A stretch of DNA of 64,000 nt, taken from positions 32,001-96,000 of IMG/VR virus record IMGVR_UViG_3300024262_000018; one strand, 5' to 3'. A program made the translations under genes and the position numbers. A model generated the notes under the pieces. It had not been told where the DNA came from, made no database searches, and worked only from the letters and a program-made list of their open reading frames with translations. Below are positions 28,330 to 37,750 of the stretch, one piece after another. This stretch comes from a virus. The stretch's first letter is position 1. Each line of letters begins with the position of its first letter.

Positions 28330-29297
28330 TCCTAAAAAATAACAAATCTATAAGTCAAAAGATAGACAAGAAACACAGGCGAGATAGGAGTACTCAAAAC
28401 TCTCTTGTTTTGCCCTCGACTTATCGAAAAAATCCTAATTTTGAATTCATTAAGAATAATTTAGTAAATAGCAAATTGTTCTCAGAAATAAGTTACCAAA
28501 AGCTACTAACGGCAAAGCATAGACAGACAATTAAAGTTAATGATGTGACTTGCGTTATAGACGGCATAGATAGCCCGAGTATAGAACTAGAAGATCTGCG
28601 AACAGATAAGATTTTTGAAAACGTAAATTTCATTTTTGTTTTGCAGTTCTGTGCAGCTAAGGCTGAACATTACGCATATCTAAGTAAGAAATCTGGCATC
28701 AATATACTCCCATTAATATATGGTACAAGTGGTCGTTTTTCTATAAGACAATTCAATTGGAGAAAAACTAATCATAAGTATTTGGCCCATTTCGGATTTG
28801 GAGTTTCGGTCCAAAAACATAGAAAAAAATGGATAGCAAAAGCTAAACAAAACGGTAATTTTCTAGTTAGTTACACTAGCGGAAAGATTTTCGCAGAAGC
28901 TCTTAAGGATTGCAAATGGGGAGTTTCTTTAAAGGGCTCTGGAGTCCGACATGATGGCAAATGTTATAGAGAAGCCGAATTTTTATCATGCGGAATGCCC
29001 TTAGCCCTAGACTATCAGCCTAGCTATTCTTTTCCGTTTCTTCCTAATGTTCACTATTTATACTTAGATAGCCCGTCAATGCTAGATGACCTAGACAAAA
29101 TAGATCCAGAACCTTTTGCGAAGCGGTCAAAAGCGCTTTGGAGGAACTATTACTGTCCGTCAACATTTACTAATTTATTTTTATCTATTCTTTATGATGA
29201 AGATTATAGGGCTTCAATACCGAATTTCTGGCCTGGTAGCAAAAAAACAAGATCTACGATCAAATTAGAAAAAATAAGGTTTAAGAAAAATGGATAA
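28326..29297 (+). CDS. GT-B-like glycosyltransferase
   Basis: WGVSLKGSG...CYREAEFLSCG...PFLPNVHY resembles the GT-B C-terminal motif. Confidence 0.55.
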   Translation: MILKNNKSISQKIDKKHRRDRSTQNSLVLPSTYRKNPNFEFIKNNLVNSKLFSEISYQKLLTAKHRQTIKVNDVTCVIDGIDSPSIELEDLRTDKIFENVNFIFVLQFCAAKAEHYAYLSKKSGINILPLIYGTSGRFSIRQFNWRKTNHKYLAHFGFGVSVQKHRKKWIAKAKQNGNFLVSYTSGKIFAEALKDCKWGVSLKGSGVRHDGKCYREAEFLSCGMPLALDYQPSYSFPFLPNVHYLYLDSPSMLDDLDKIDPEPFAKRSKALWRNYYCPSTFTNLFLSILYDEDYRASIPNFWPGSKKTRSTIKLEKIRFKKNG

Positions 29298-30354
29298 AAA
29301 AAACAGTGATATCGGACAAAAACTTATCGCTCTCAACTTTAGACCACCAGAAGATGGAAATATAGAATATAATATAAGTAGGACATTCACTAAAGATAAA
29401 TTTGTTATTATCCAGGTTGCAGATACTGGTAATAAATTTTCAGAGATCTTACTATATAAAAATATATCTTTAGCGGATATAGCTTCTAAAAATACTTTAT
29501 CATCATTATATGGAAAAAATTTGATAGCTAGGTTTGTGAATAGCGAAGAAGGATGGTTATTGGCTATTCATTGTTGTAATAAACTACCAGAAGACGATAA
29601 AGCGAATAATATTTATACAAACGGCATTATGCTGGCTCCAAACGGTGATGTGATGTGTAGATGCGGAAAAGATCGTATTAAATGGTATCTAAAAAAGGGA
29701 TTAGCTAAATTAGAAAGTGATGATCCCCCAACTATAAGATTAAACTTTGAGCCAGAAGCTCATGGAAAGAAAGATGATCCGTACTATTTACAAGAAATAA
29801 AAAATCAGTGCGTTATTTGTGGTGCTGTTCAAGACTTATCTAAACATCATGTAATTCCCTACTGTTTTCGCAAATTCTTTCCAAAAGAAGTAAAAGAAAA
29901 TAGCTCGCACGATGTCCTCTTACTTTGCAGAGATCATCATAATAAATATGAAAAAGAAGCTGATAAATTAAAAAAAGAATTAGCAAAAAAGTATAAATGT
30001 AATTTCTCCGGCACAATAAAAATTGATTTAAATTTAAAAAAAATAAAAGACGCCGCAATCGCGTTACTAAAAAGAGACAACGAGATGTCGGCATCTACAA
30101 TAAGGAAACTCAAACAAAAAATTAAAAAGCACTATAAAAGACAAAAATTTTCCGCGAAAGATCTAGAGAGTGCCGCCAAAATAAAGTATAGAATTAAAAG
30201 CGAAGATCGTCTTGCCTACGGAGAGCATGTAATTCGTTCTATTGGCTCTCTAGACGATTTTATGATTATGTGGAGAAAACACTTCGTAGAGTTAATGAGC
30301 CCAAAATTCTTACCAGAATATTGGGATATCAATAAAAAAATAACCAGAAACTGA
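29290..30354 (+). CDS. HNH-like Zn protein resembling EXD2 C-terminal domain
   Basis: APNG..MCRC..KWYLKKGLA, NQCVICG..LSKHHVIPYCFRK..SHDVLLLCRDHH, WRKHF..PKFLP..W. Confidence 0.7.
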   Translation: MDKKNSDIGQKLIALNFRPPEDGNIEYNISRTFTKDKFVIIQVADTGNKFSEILLYKNISLADIASKNTLSSLYGKNLIARFVNSEEGWLLAIHCCNKLPEDDKANNIYTNGIMLAPNGDVMCRCGKDRIKWYLKKGLAKLESDDPPTIRLNFEPEAHGKKDDPYYLQEIKNQCVICGAVQDLSKHHVIPYCFRKFFPKEVKENSSHDVLLLCRDHHNKYEKEADKLKKELAKKYKCNFSGTIKIDLNLKKIKDAAIALLKRDNEMSASTIRKLKQKIKKHYKRQKFSAKDLESAAKIKYRIKSEDRLAYGEHVIRSIGSLDDFMIMWRKHFVELMSPKFLPEYWDINKKITRN

Positions 30355-30372
30355 ATAAAAAAGGAGAAAACA

Positions 30373-30780
30373 ATGGTTCCATTACGCCGCAAAGAAATTT
30401 ATCAATCAGATGACGGACGCTATGTCGAGGTCTTTACGAAAATTAATGAAATCGGCGAAACAAAAGAGCCAGGAGAAGTCGGTGATAACGAGCAACCCGA
30501 GTATTCTCCTGCTGAACAAGTTTTTGTTGGTGTTGCCCACATTCCTGTCGGTCCAACCGTAAAAGAAATTAAATTTGAGATCCCCGAGGCCACGACAATA
30601 GAAGATGCTTTTGATAAGTATCACGATATAGCATACGGTGCTGCTCAAGAATTTATGAAGATGTTGCAAGAGAATATGTCAAAGCAACAATCAAAAATTG
30701 TAACCGCAGACGCCACCGCGTTAGCGGGGATAGATCAACTTTCTAAACAAAATAACGGAAAGCCAACCATAATCGTTTAA
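30373..30780 (+). CDS. hypothetical protein
   Basis: 135 aa, AAGGAG SD. Confidence 0.6.
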   Translation: MVPLRRKEIYQSDDGRYVEVFTKINEIGETKEPGEVGDNEQPEYSPAEQVFVGVAHIPVGPTVKEIKFEIPEATTIEDAFDKYHDIAYGAAQEFMKMLQENMSKQQSKIVTADATALAGIDQLSKQNNGKPTIIV

Positions 30781-30794
30781 AAGGAATCCCCAAA

Positions 30795-31142
30795 ATGAAA
30801 ATAAGAAACGGATTTGTCTCAAATAGTAGTAGCGCAAGCTTTTGTATTGTAAAAAGCGACCTAACACCTCTACAGCTTGATATGATCCGTAATGGGGAGA
30901 AATACTTAAATATTATGACAGATGCTCGATATCTTGATTTTTATAATAAAGATGATTATTGGGATATCTGTGAAGATCTTGAAGAAATCAAGGGGCATAC
31001 CACAATAGATAATTTTGATATGCGTAGCTATTTAACCTATATCGGCGTTGAAAGTTCTTATATCAAATGGTTTGATGTTATAGGCACAAATAGATATGGA
31101 GAAGATGCTCTATATAAAAAGGATAATGAAAATGAAGATTAG
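30795..31142 (+). CDS. MKIRNGFVSNSSS-motif protein 1
   Basis: N-terminus MKIRNGFVSNSSSASF. Confidence 0.75.
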   Translation: MKIRNGFVSNSSSASFCIVKSDLTPLQLDMIRNGEKYLNIMTDARYLDFYNKDDYWDICEDLEEIKGHTTIDNFDMRSYLTYIGVESSYIKWFDVIGTNRYGEDALYKKDNENED

Positions 31143-31668
31143 GAACGGTTTCGTAAGTAATTCCAGTAGTTCTAGTTTTATTATATCTAGGGATGCGTAT
31201 GATGACATTTTTGAAGTCGCCATAGAAATGATAGGCCAAAGAGAGTGGGCGGGTGACGAAGAATTGATAAAAAAAATAAAAATGGCTAAAGAATCCGGAG
31301 AATATGCTCTTAATGCTCCTTTAGCTTTTGACTCGTGTAATTATAATACTTTTATAATTCAAGAACATGACATAGAGAGCGGAAAAGAAGTTTATCATAT
31401 TACCACTTGTCACAACCATCCATTCGAACTTAGGGGCGAAGTTGGCGGTGGAGGCGGTGAAGATGATGGAGATAATATCTGTGAAAAATATTATTTCTGG
31501 TGGCCAGAATATGATATACTAGCCAAGACCGCTACTCCTAAAGAAATAGAGAATGCTAAAATTTCTAAAGAAAACTACCATTTTTGCGAAAAACATTATT
31601 ATGATTATCTAATGTTAAGAAATAAAAAAATTATTTGCCCCAAATGCGAGCAGGAGAAGAAAAAATGA
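31132..31668 (+). CDS. MKIRNGFVSNSSS-motif protein 2
   Basis: start reassigned to MKIRNGFVSNSSSSSF; C-terminal Zn ribbon. Confidence 0.75.
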   Translation: MKIRNGFVSNSSSSSFIISRDAYDDIFEVAIEMIGQREWAGDEELIKKIKMAKESGEYALNAPLAFDSCNYNTFIIQEHDIESGKEVYHITTCHNHPFELRGEVGGGGGEDDGDNICEKYYFWWPEYDILAKTATPKEIENAKISKENYHFCEKHYYDYLMLRNKKIICPKCEQEKKK

Positions 31669-32060
31669 AAATTAGAAATGGTTTCGTGTCGAACTCAAGC
31701 AGTTCAAGCTTTTGCCTCTATGGAGCTTGCCTCGATAAAGGAGAAATGCTTGAAATTAAATTTAAAGATACAAAAAATAAAGAAGATTACGACGAGTATG
31801 ATGACGACGAAGAGTTCGGTGACAATTGGGAAAGGCTAGAAAAAGCCCTCCATGAATTTAATTTGTCTGGGGAGGGGGACTATGACTGGACGGATATATA
31901 CATAGGAAGAAGTTGGACTAAAATAAAAGATGAAGAAACTGCCAGACAATTTAAAGATAATATAGAAAAAGATATAAAAGCCTTCTTTCACACATATCTA
32001 CCAAACTCTGAACAAATAATAGAATATGGAACATATGAAGAAGCATGGTATCCTAGTTAA
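31665..32060 (+). CDS. MKIRNGFVSNSSS-motif protein 3
   Basis: start reassigned; ATGA overlap with previous gene. Confidence 0.75.
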   Translation: MKIRNGFVSNSSSSSFCLYGACLDKGEMLEIKFKDTKNKEDYDEYDDDEEFGDNWERLEKALHEFNLSGEGDYDWTDIYIGRSWTKIKDEETARQFKDNIEKDIKAFFHTYLPNSEQIIEYGTYEEAWYPS

Positions 32061-32081
32061 AAAATATAGGAGAATTTAAAA

Positions 32082-32882
32082 ATGAGTAAAATTGACCTTT
32101 TGCTGATTGACCCTCAGGTTTCTTTCTGCGATCCCCAAAAAGGGGAACTTTATGTTAAAGGAGCAGATAAGGATATGGAACGCTTGGCAACGATGATCAA
32201 GCGAGTTAAATCCAAGATTGATGATATCCACGTAACGGTAGACTCTCACCACTATGTAGATGTCGCCCATCCTGTCTTTTGGAAAAATAGTGCTGGACAG
32301 AATCCAAGCCCATTCACCATCATAACATCGGATGATGTCAGAAATGGGGTTTGGAATCCAACTAATTTAAGTTGGAGAGCCAGAATGATCAGCTATGTCG
32401 AATCTCTAGAGAAGGGCGGAAAGTATCCGCTATGTATCTGGCCTCCTCACTGTATGATAGGCAGCGAAGGACACAATATATATCCAGTACTGTTCGATGC
32501 ACTGCTTGAATGGGAAAAAGATTTTGCTATGGTAGATTATGTTACCAAGGGAAGTAATGTTTTTACAGAGCATTATTCAATTTTTAGAGCAGAAGTTGTA
32601 GATCCTTCTGACGCAACAACCCAAATAAATACAAGACTGGTTAACACTCTTATGGAGTCAGATATCATAGTTATTGCCGGGGAAGCCAGTTCCCACTGTT
32701 TAAGAAATTCTGGTCTAGATCTTGTTGATCTATTTAATGATGATTCTTATGTTAGCAAAATTATTTTACTAACTGATGCCTGTAGTCCAGTCCCCGGATT
32801 TGAACAACAAGAAAAAGATTTTATCAAAGTTATGACAGATAGGGGAATGAAAACATCGACAACCACTGAGTTCTTATCTTAA
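32082..32882 (+). CDS. pncA: nicotinamidase / isochorismatase-family cysteine hydrolase
   Basis: LLLIDPQVSFC, DSH, WPPHC, KG, GEASSHC. Confidence 0.85.
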   Translation: MSKIDLLLIDPQVSFCDPQKGELYVKGADKDMERLATMIKRVKSKIDDIHVTVDSHHYVDVAHPVFWKNSAGQNPSPFTIITSDDVRNGVWNPTNLSWRARMISYVESLEKGGKYPLCIWPPHCMIGSEGHNIYPVLFDALLEWEKDFAMVDYVTKGSNVFTEHYSIFRAEVVDPSDATTQINTRLVNTLMESDIIVIAGEASSHCLRNSGLDLVDLFNDDSYVSKIILLTDACSPVPGFEQQEKDFIKVMTDRGMKTSTTTEFLS

Positions 32883-33613
32883 TTAGGCAATTTAATAGCA
32901 GCCCACCCCTGGCAACTTTTTCTATATCCCTTTGCCACACGGCACAAGTTGCTATAGTGTATGGAGTTATCTCTACAAAATTGTTTTAAATTGTGCACTA
33001 TAAAAATTTTTCCGACAACAGAAGTAAGTTTCCATAATTGAGATTTGGTATTCGCCATTTTTGTTATAGTTTCTTTTTTATGTTTTTTACCCTTCCAAGA
33101 TGGAGGAACTCTTCCAGATCTTTTCATTAACTCAGACATGTTCTTTTTCCATTCTTGTGTGCGAGGGGGCTTTTTAACTCCAGTGCGTATTCTACTCAAT
33201 TTATTTTTTGTTTCTTCTGTGTGGCGTTTTCCGGTAAAATTATTTGGATGCGTTTCTAGCCATTTTCTTCTGCCAATTGAAACCTTTTTCTTTGATTCTT
33301 CACTCATTTTTCCACCAAGACCGCCCAAACGGCAATTATACCCATTTTTTATGCTATTTATTTTTTTTATATAATAAATTTCTTTTTTATCTAATTCTTC
33401 TTGATTTTTACAAATGCAAATAATCTTATATAAAAAATTATTTGATCCGTATTTATTAAAAGCTCTTTCTAACTTTGGTTGATGCTTAACCCAATTATTT
33501 TTATAGCAATTCCATCGATGCTTGTAATTCCAACTTTGTCCGATATAACACTTTCCGCTCGGGCTTACCAATTTATATATAACTCCGATATCCTTCGACT
33601 TATATGACATCAT
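32879..33613 (-). CDS. GIY-YIG homing endonuclease with NUMOD3-like repeats
   Basis: GVIYKL..SGKCYIGQS..R, NGYN, GKRHTEETKNKLS / GKKHKKETITKMA. Confidence 0.9.
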   Translation of the reverse strand: MMSYKSKDIGVIYKLVSPSGKCYIGQSWNYKHRWNCYKNNWVKHQPKLERAFNKYGSNNFLYKIICICKNQEELDKKEIYYIKKINSIKNGYNCRLGGLGGKMSEESKKKVSIGRRKWLETHPNNFTGKRHTEETKNKLSRIRTGVKKPPRTQEWKKNMSELMKRSGRVPPSWKGKKHKKETITKMANTKSQLWKLTSVVGKIFIVHNLKQFCRDNSIHYSNLCRVAKGYRKSCQGWAAIKLPN

Positions 33614-33791
33614 TTTCTCCTCTAAGCATTTTTTCTAATTCTGTTTCGCTGAAAATAAACTTATGTGAACTGATCTTATTTCCCTTTAATTTTCCTTCTT
33701 GTCTCCATCTGGCTACAGTCCCGATTGCGACATCAAATTTTAATGCAATTTCTTTTGGCGAATAATATTTTTCATTTCTAATTTCTATCAT
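33600..33791 (-). CDS. MerR/excisionase-like HTH protein
   Basis: YYSPKEIALKFDVAIGTVARWRQEGKL. Confidence 0.8.
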   Translation of the reverse strand: MIEIRNEKYYSPKEIALKFDVAIGTVARWRQEGKLKGNKISSHKFIFSETELEKMLRGENDVI

Positions 33792-33914
33792 TTTCTATCT
33801 CCCCGTACATCTCTCTATATTCATCTACCGTGTACCAGCACGTTTTCCTCTTTAAAAAAAATAAAAAACAAAAAGTGGTAAAAAAATATACTATAAAAGC
33901 ATATTCAATAATCC

Positions 33915-33944
33915 ATTTCAACGACAACTACGTTTATGAATTAA
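33915..33944 (+). pseudogene. displaced 3' end of nicotinamidase gene
   Basis: encodes ISTTTTFMN* vs TSTTTEFLS* at the end of 32082..32882. Confidence 0.5.
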
Positions 33945-33955
33945 AGGAGAAATAA

Positions 33956-34708
33956 ATGCCGAAACTAAATGACCCGTCTTTAGATGCTAAAAACCTTACT
34001 GGTTCTCATTATGGATATTCCGCTACTACATTAGAAAATCTAGGAGCGACAGAATATACTCTAGCGACGATCCTTGTTGATGTTAGTGGGAGCGTAGGCG
34101 GTTTTAAGGGTGAACTAGAGAAGTGTATACAGAGTATTATAGAAGCTTGCAAATCAAGTCCAAGAGCTAATAATTTACTTGTTAGACTAATCTCTTTTGA
34201 TGATATCATCGAAGAGATACACGGCTTTAAGATGCTGGACAATTGCAAACCAAATGATTATACTGGGATTCTGACTATTCGCGGATCAACTGCATTATTT
34301 GATGCGAGTAAAAATGCTATTTTAGCATCGAATGACTATGCCAAAACCTTATACGATAATGACTTTTCTGTCAATGGCATTATGTTCATTATTACAGATG
34401 GCGGCGATAACGCCTCCACGGCATCGGCTAAAGATGTTGGAAACGCTATTAAACAATGTGAGTTAGACGAGAAATTAGAGTCATTTATCACGGTTCTGGT
34501 TGGCGTTGGAATTAACAAATATTCTACGACATCGGCTTATCTGTCTAATTTTCAAAAAGACGCTGGCTTAAGTCAATATGAGCAAATCGACAAGACAGAC
34601 CCAGATACGTTCGCCAAATTAGCTGGATTCGTATCCAAGAGTATTAGCCTACAATCCAAATCTCTTGGAGGATTAAGTTCATCACAACCATGTTTGTTGG
34701 ATATTTAA
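33956..34708 (+). CDS. vWA domain protein (TerY-like)
   Basis: MIDAS DVSGSV...GSTALFDA...ITDGGDN. Confidence 0.88.
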   Translation: MPKLNDPSLDAKNLTGSHYGYSATTLENLGATEYTLATILVDVSGSVGGFKGELEKCIQSIIEACKSSPRANNLLVRLISFDDIIEEIHGFKMLDNCKPNDYTGILTIRGSTALFDASKNAILASNDYAKTLYDNDFSVNGIMFIITDGGDNASTASAKDVGNAIKQCELDEKLESFITVLVGVGINKYSTTSAYLSNFQKDAGLSQYEQIDKTDPDTFAKLAGFVSKSISLQSKSLGGLSSSQPCLLDI

Positions 34709-34709
34709 T

Positions 34710-35507
34710 ATGGTAATTGATTTTTATCGAACGACTGGCGATGCCCACCAGTTCTGTGAAGATTACGTCTGCTCCTCAGATAATGGGATCTTTCTAAGTG
34801 ACGGGTGCTCATCTGCTAAAAATAGCGAGATAGGCTCAAAGATCTTGGCTCTAACAGCTAGAAAGTATTTCTATGGATATGATGTTAAGTCTATATATTC
34901 CATTGATGATATGTTAAATAGAATAATTATAAATTCTGAAAAAATAATACATGATTTAGATGTTGATATAGAAGCTTTATTCGCCACTTTAATAACATTA
35001 ATAAAGAGAGGCAATACTTTAACACTCAATATAACAGGAGATGGAGGAGCGGCGGTTATTAAAAATGACGATACCATCGAGATCTTTGATATAGAATTCT
35101 CTGAAAATGCACCAAGATATTTAGCATATCGTTTATCTAGCGAATTTAGAGACAGATATAGCGATATAAAATATAATTCTCGCATTTGCAGAAAGATAAT
35201 CGTACAAGAAGGTAGAGATCCTGTTGTGGAAGTTCTACCGTCATATAACGATGGCGACAGTAAAACTTTTTGTATAGATACAAAAGACGTTAAAACTTGT
35301 GTTATTTTCTCCGATGGCGTAAAGTCTTTTCTTTCCCCATCTGGTAATAATATACCAATGCTTGATATAGTTTTAGAATTAGTCAAGTTCAAAAACACAA
35401 CTCAAGGTTTTGTTCAGCGACGAGTTTCCAGATTCCTACAAGAAAAAACGCAAGACGGAATAAGCCACTACGATGATTTATCAGTAGCTGCAATTCATTT
35501 AGGATAA
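34710..35507 (+). CDS. PP2C-like phosphatase
   Basis: HQFCED, LSDGCSSA, FSDGV, DDLS. Confidence 0.88.
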   Translation: MVIDFYRTTGDAHQFCEDYVCSSDNGIFLSDGCSSAKNSEIGSKILALTARKYFYGYDVKSIYSIDDMLNRIIINSEKIIHDLDVDIEALFATLITLIKRGNTLTLNITGDGGAAVIKNDDTIEIFDIEFSENAPRYLAYRLSSEFRDRYSDIKYNSRICRKIIVQEGRDPVVEVLPSYNDGDSKTFCIDTKDVKTCVIFSDGVKSFLSPSGNNIPMLDIVLELVKFKNTTQGFVQRRVSRFLQEKTQDGISHYDDLSVAAIHLG

Positions 35508-35511
35508 TATC

Positions 35512-37221
35512 ATGAATGTCTTTGAAGTAAATGTCGGCAAAGTGACTCTAACTAAAAACGACTTCGTAAGAAGTGGTGGACAAGCCGATGTCTATGCCAA
35601 AAAAGATAAGGCTTATAAAATATATAGTGACAAAAATTATGTTATCCAGCAAGCTAAAATACAAGAACTATCTCTGATATCGAATAGTGACATTATTAAA
35701 CCATTAAATCTCTTATTAGATAAGCAAGATAATCCTGTTGGATACTCTATGAGATTCATTGACAAAAATGTGGTTTTGTGTCAACTTTTTACAAAGATAT
35801 TTAAAAACCAAAACGGAATTACAGCTCAAAATATTTGCAATTTAATAACAGATATTAAAAATAAAATACAAGAAGTTCATAATAATAAAATACTCATTGT
35901 CGATCTAAATGAAATGAATATCTTAGTACAGCAGTGCAATTTCGAAAAATCTTTTTTAATTGATGTAGATAGCTATCAAACTCCTAGTTTTTCAGCAACA
36001 GCCCTTATGGAGAATATACGAGATAGACACAATAAAAACTTTAGCGAAAATACCGATTGGTTTTCCTTCGCCATTTTAAGCTGCTATCTATTAGTCGGCA
36101 TACACCCGTACAAGGGCAAGCACCCAGATTTTGTTGGAAATTCGTCTAACATTCTTGATAAACGAATGAAATTGAACGTGTCTATTTTTAATAAAGATAC
36201 GACTATACCTATAACATGTGCTCCAATTAAAGATATACCCGGCAGTTATAAATCCTGGTACATCGATGTTTTTGAAAATGGAAGAAGGTGCCCGCCACCA
36301 GAGATAACGCCTGCCACTATTATCGCCATACCGCAATATGCAGGTATAGATATTAATACTAATCTCGTTATAACCAAATTGTTTGAATATAATAGCGAGA
36401 TATTGAAGTATAAGACTATTAACGGGTATAGGTTCTGCGTAAATAAATCTGGCGGCTTTATAAATGATAAAAAAGAAAATAATCTAAAATTACTATCTGA
36501 AATCGCCATAACCCCGAAATTCAACAGGACTATAATCGCAATTCTTGAAAACGATAAGTTGAAATTATATGATGCTTTTTTTGGAAAAGAAATTGAAACG
36601 GATATCACTGGCCAAACGATATTGTCATATGACGGAAGACTATATATAAAAAATAATGAAAGTTTATACGAACTAGAGTTTATGGAATTGCCGACAAAAA
36701 CACTAGCCGCGATGACATTGGTTGGTAATATTTTAGAAAATGCCACGCAGATTTTTGATGGGGTTCTTTTTCAAAACCTATTAGAATCCACTTTCTGTTC
36801 CATATTCCCGCAAAAACAAAAACATGTACAACTACAGATAAAAGAGCTAAATGGATACTCCATTATTAATGCTAAATTCGAAAATGATATTTTAATGATA
36901 GTCGGGAGAAAAACAAGTTCTCAAAACTCCCAAACAGATAAGTTTATTATACACATAAAAGATGAGGAGTATACATATAGAAAAATAGAAAATACGCAAG
37001 ATTCCGATATAAATTTCGCGGTTCTTGATAATGGTATTTGCTCTAATTACGTTGAAGAAGGCGAAATAGAATTATTCCACAAAAGTGATATAAATGGAGC
37101 AATAAGACGAATTAAAGATAATGCGATTAAAGATGTGAGACTGCACAAAAATGGGACAAAAGTTCTATTTGTGCAGGATAAAAGGGTATATTTGGTAGAA
37201 ACTCAGAAAAAAGGAAAATAG
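35512..37221 (+). CDS. Ser/Thr protein kinase-like protein
   Basis: SGGQADVY, AYKIY, IVDLNEMNILV, IDVDSY, TDWFSF, GIHPYKG. Confidence 0.88.
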   Translation: MNVFEVNVGKVTLTKNDFVRSGGQADVYAKKDKAYKIYSDKNYVIQQAKIQELSLISNSDIIKPLNLLLDKQDNPVGYSMRFIDKNVVLCQLFTKIFKNQNGITAQNICNLITDIKNKIQEVHNNKILIVDLNEMNILVQQCNFEKSFLIDVDSYQTPSFSATALMENIRDRHNKNFSENTDWFSFAILSCYLLVGIHPYKGKHPDFVGNSSNILDKRMKLNVSIFNKDTTIPITCAPIKDIPGSYKSWYIDVFENGRRCPPPEITPATIIAIPQYAGIDINTNLVITKLFEYNSEILKYKTINGYRFCVNKSGGFINDKKENNLKLLSEIAITPKFNRTIIAILENDKLKLYDAFFGKEIETDITGQTILSYDGRLYIKNNESLYELEFMELPTKTLAAMTLVGNILENATQIFDGVLFQNLLESTFCSIFPQKQKHVQLQIKELNGYSIINAKFENDILMIVGRKTSSQNSQTDKFIIHIKDEEYTYRKIENTQDSDINFAVLDNGICSNYVEEGEIELFHKSDINGAIRRIKDNAIKDVRLHKNGTKVLFVQDKRVYLVETQKKGK

Positions 37222-37224
37222 ATA

Positions 37225-37409
37225 TCAAATACCCCAGGCTAAAGCGTCGAATTTTTATGAAGTTCGACACCATTTGAGATTTTATTAGAAAACCCGTATG
37301 AAAGTGGCAGAGAAATAGCGTATTTATATTCTTGAAGGGTATCAAGGAGTATAGATTTTTGTTCTTGAGTGGGAACGAGTTTTAGTTTTCTACTTATTAT
37401 CGTGTTCAT
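37225..37409 (-). mobile_element. tnpB: internally deleted IS200/IS605-family (tnpB) remnant
   Basis: 56-aa ORF 37409-37239 MNTIISRKLKLVPTQEQKSILLDTLQEY (TnpB N-terminus) running into a right-end-like motif GCTTTAGCCTGGGGTATTTGA. Confidence 0.65.
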
Positions 37410-37483
37410 ATATTAAATGTTATAGAAGAAATTCCTTTATTTATTTTAGAAAAATTTTACAAAAGAAAGGAGCATTGATTCTT

Positions 37484-37750
37484 ATGAAATTCAAAGCAGA
37501 AAAACTAATTGGGTCAGTAGCGATATGTAATCTGGGAAGGATCGGTATTATTCAAAAAGTCAGATGTCTTAATGACGGATACCTTTGGGAAGGTGTGGGA
37601 ATATATGATAAAAAGAGATGGAGAAGTAAATGCCCTCTCCCTATTGCCTGGTCTATGGAAGATTACACTAAACATCAAAAAAGTTGGAAAGAACTACGAA
37701 CTGATATAAAAAGAGAGGCAATTGAAAATGGCAAAAATAACAAAAGATAA
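37484..37750 (+). CDS. hypothetical protein
   Basis: short ORF with GGAG SD. Confidence 0.5.
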   Translation: MKFKAEKLIGSVAICNLGRIGIIQKVRCLNDGYLWEGVGIYDKKRWRSKCPLPIAWSMEDYTKHQKSWKELRTDIKREAIENGKNNKR

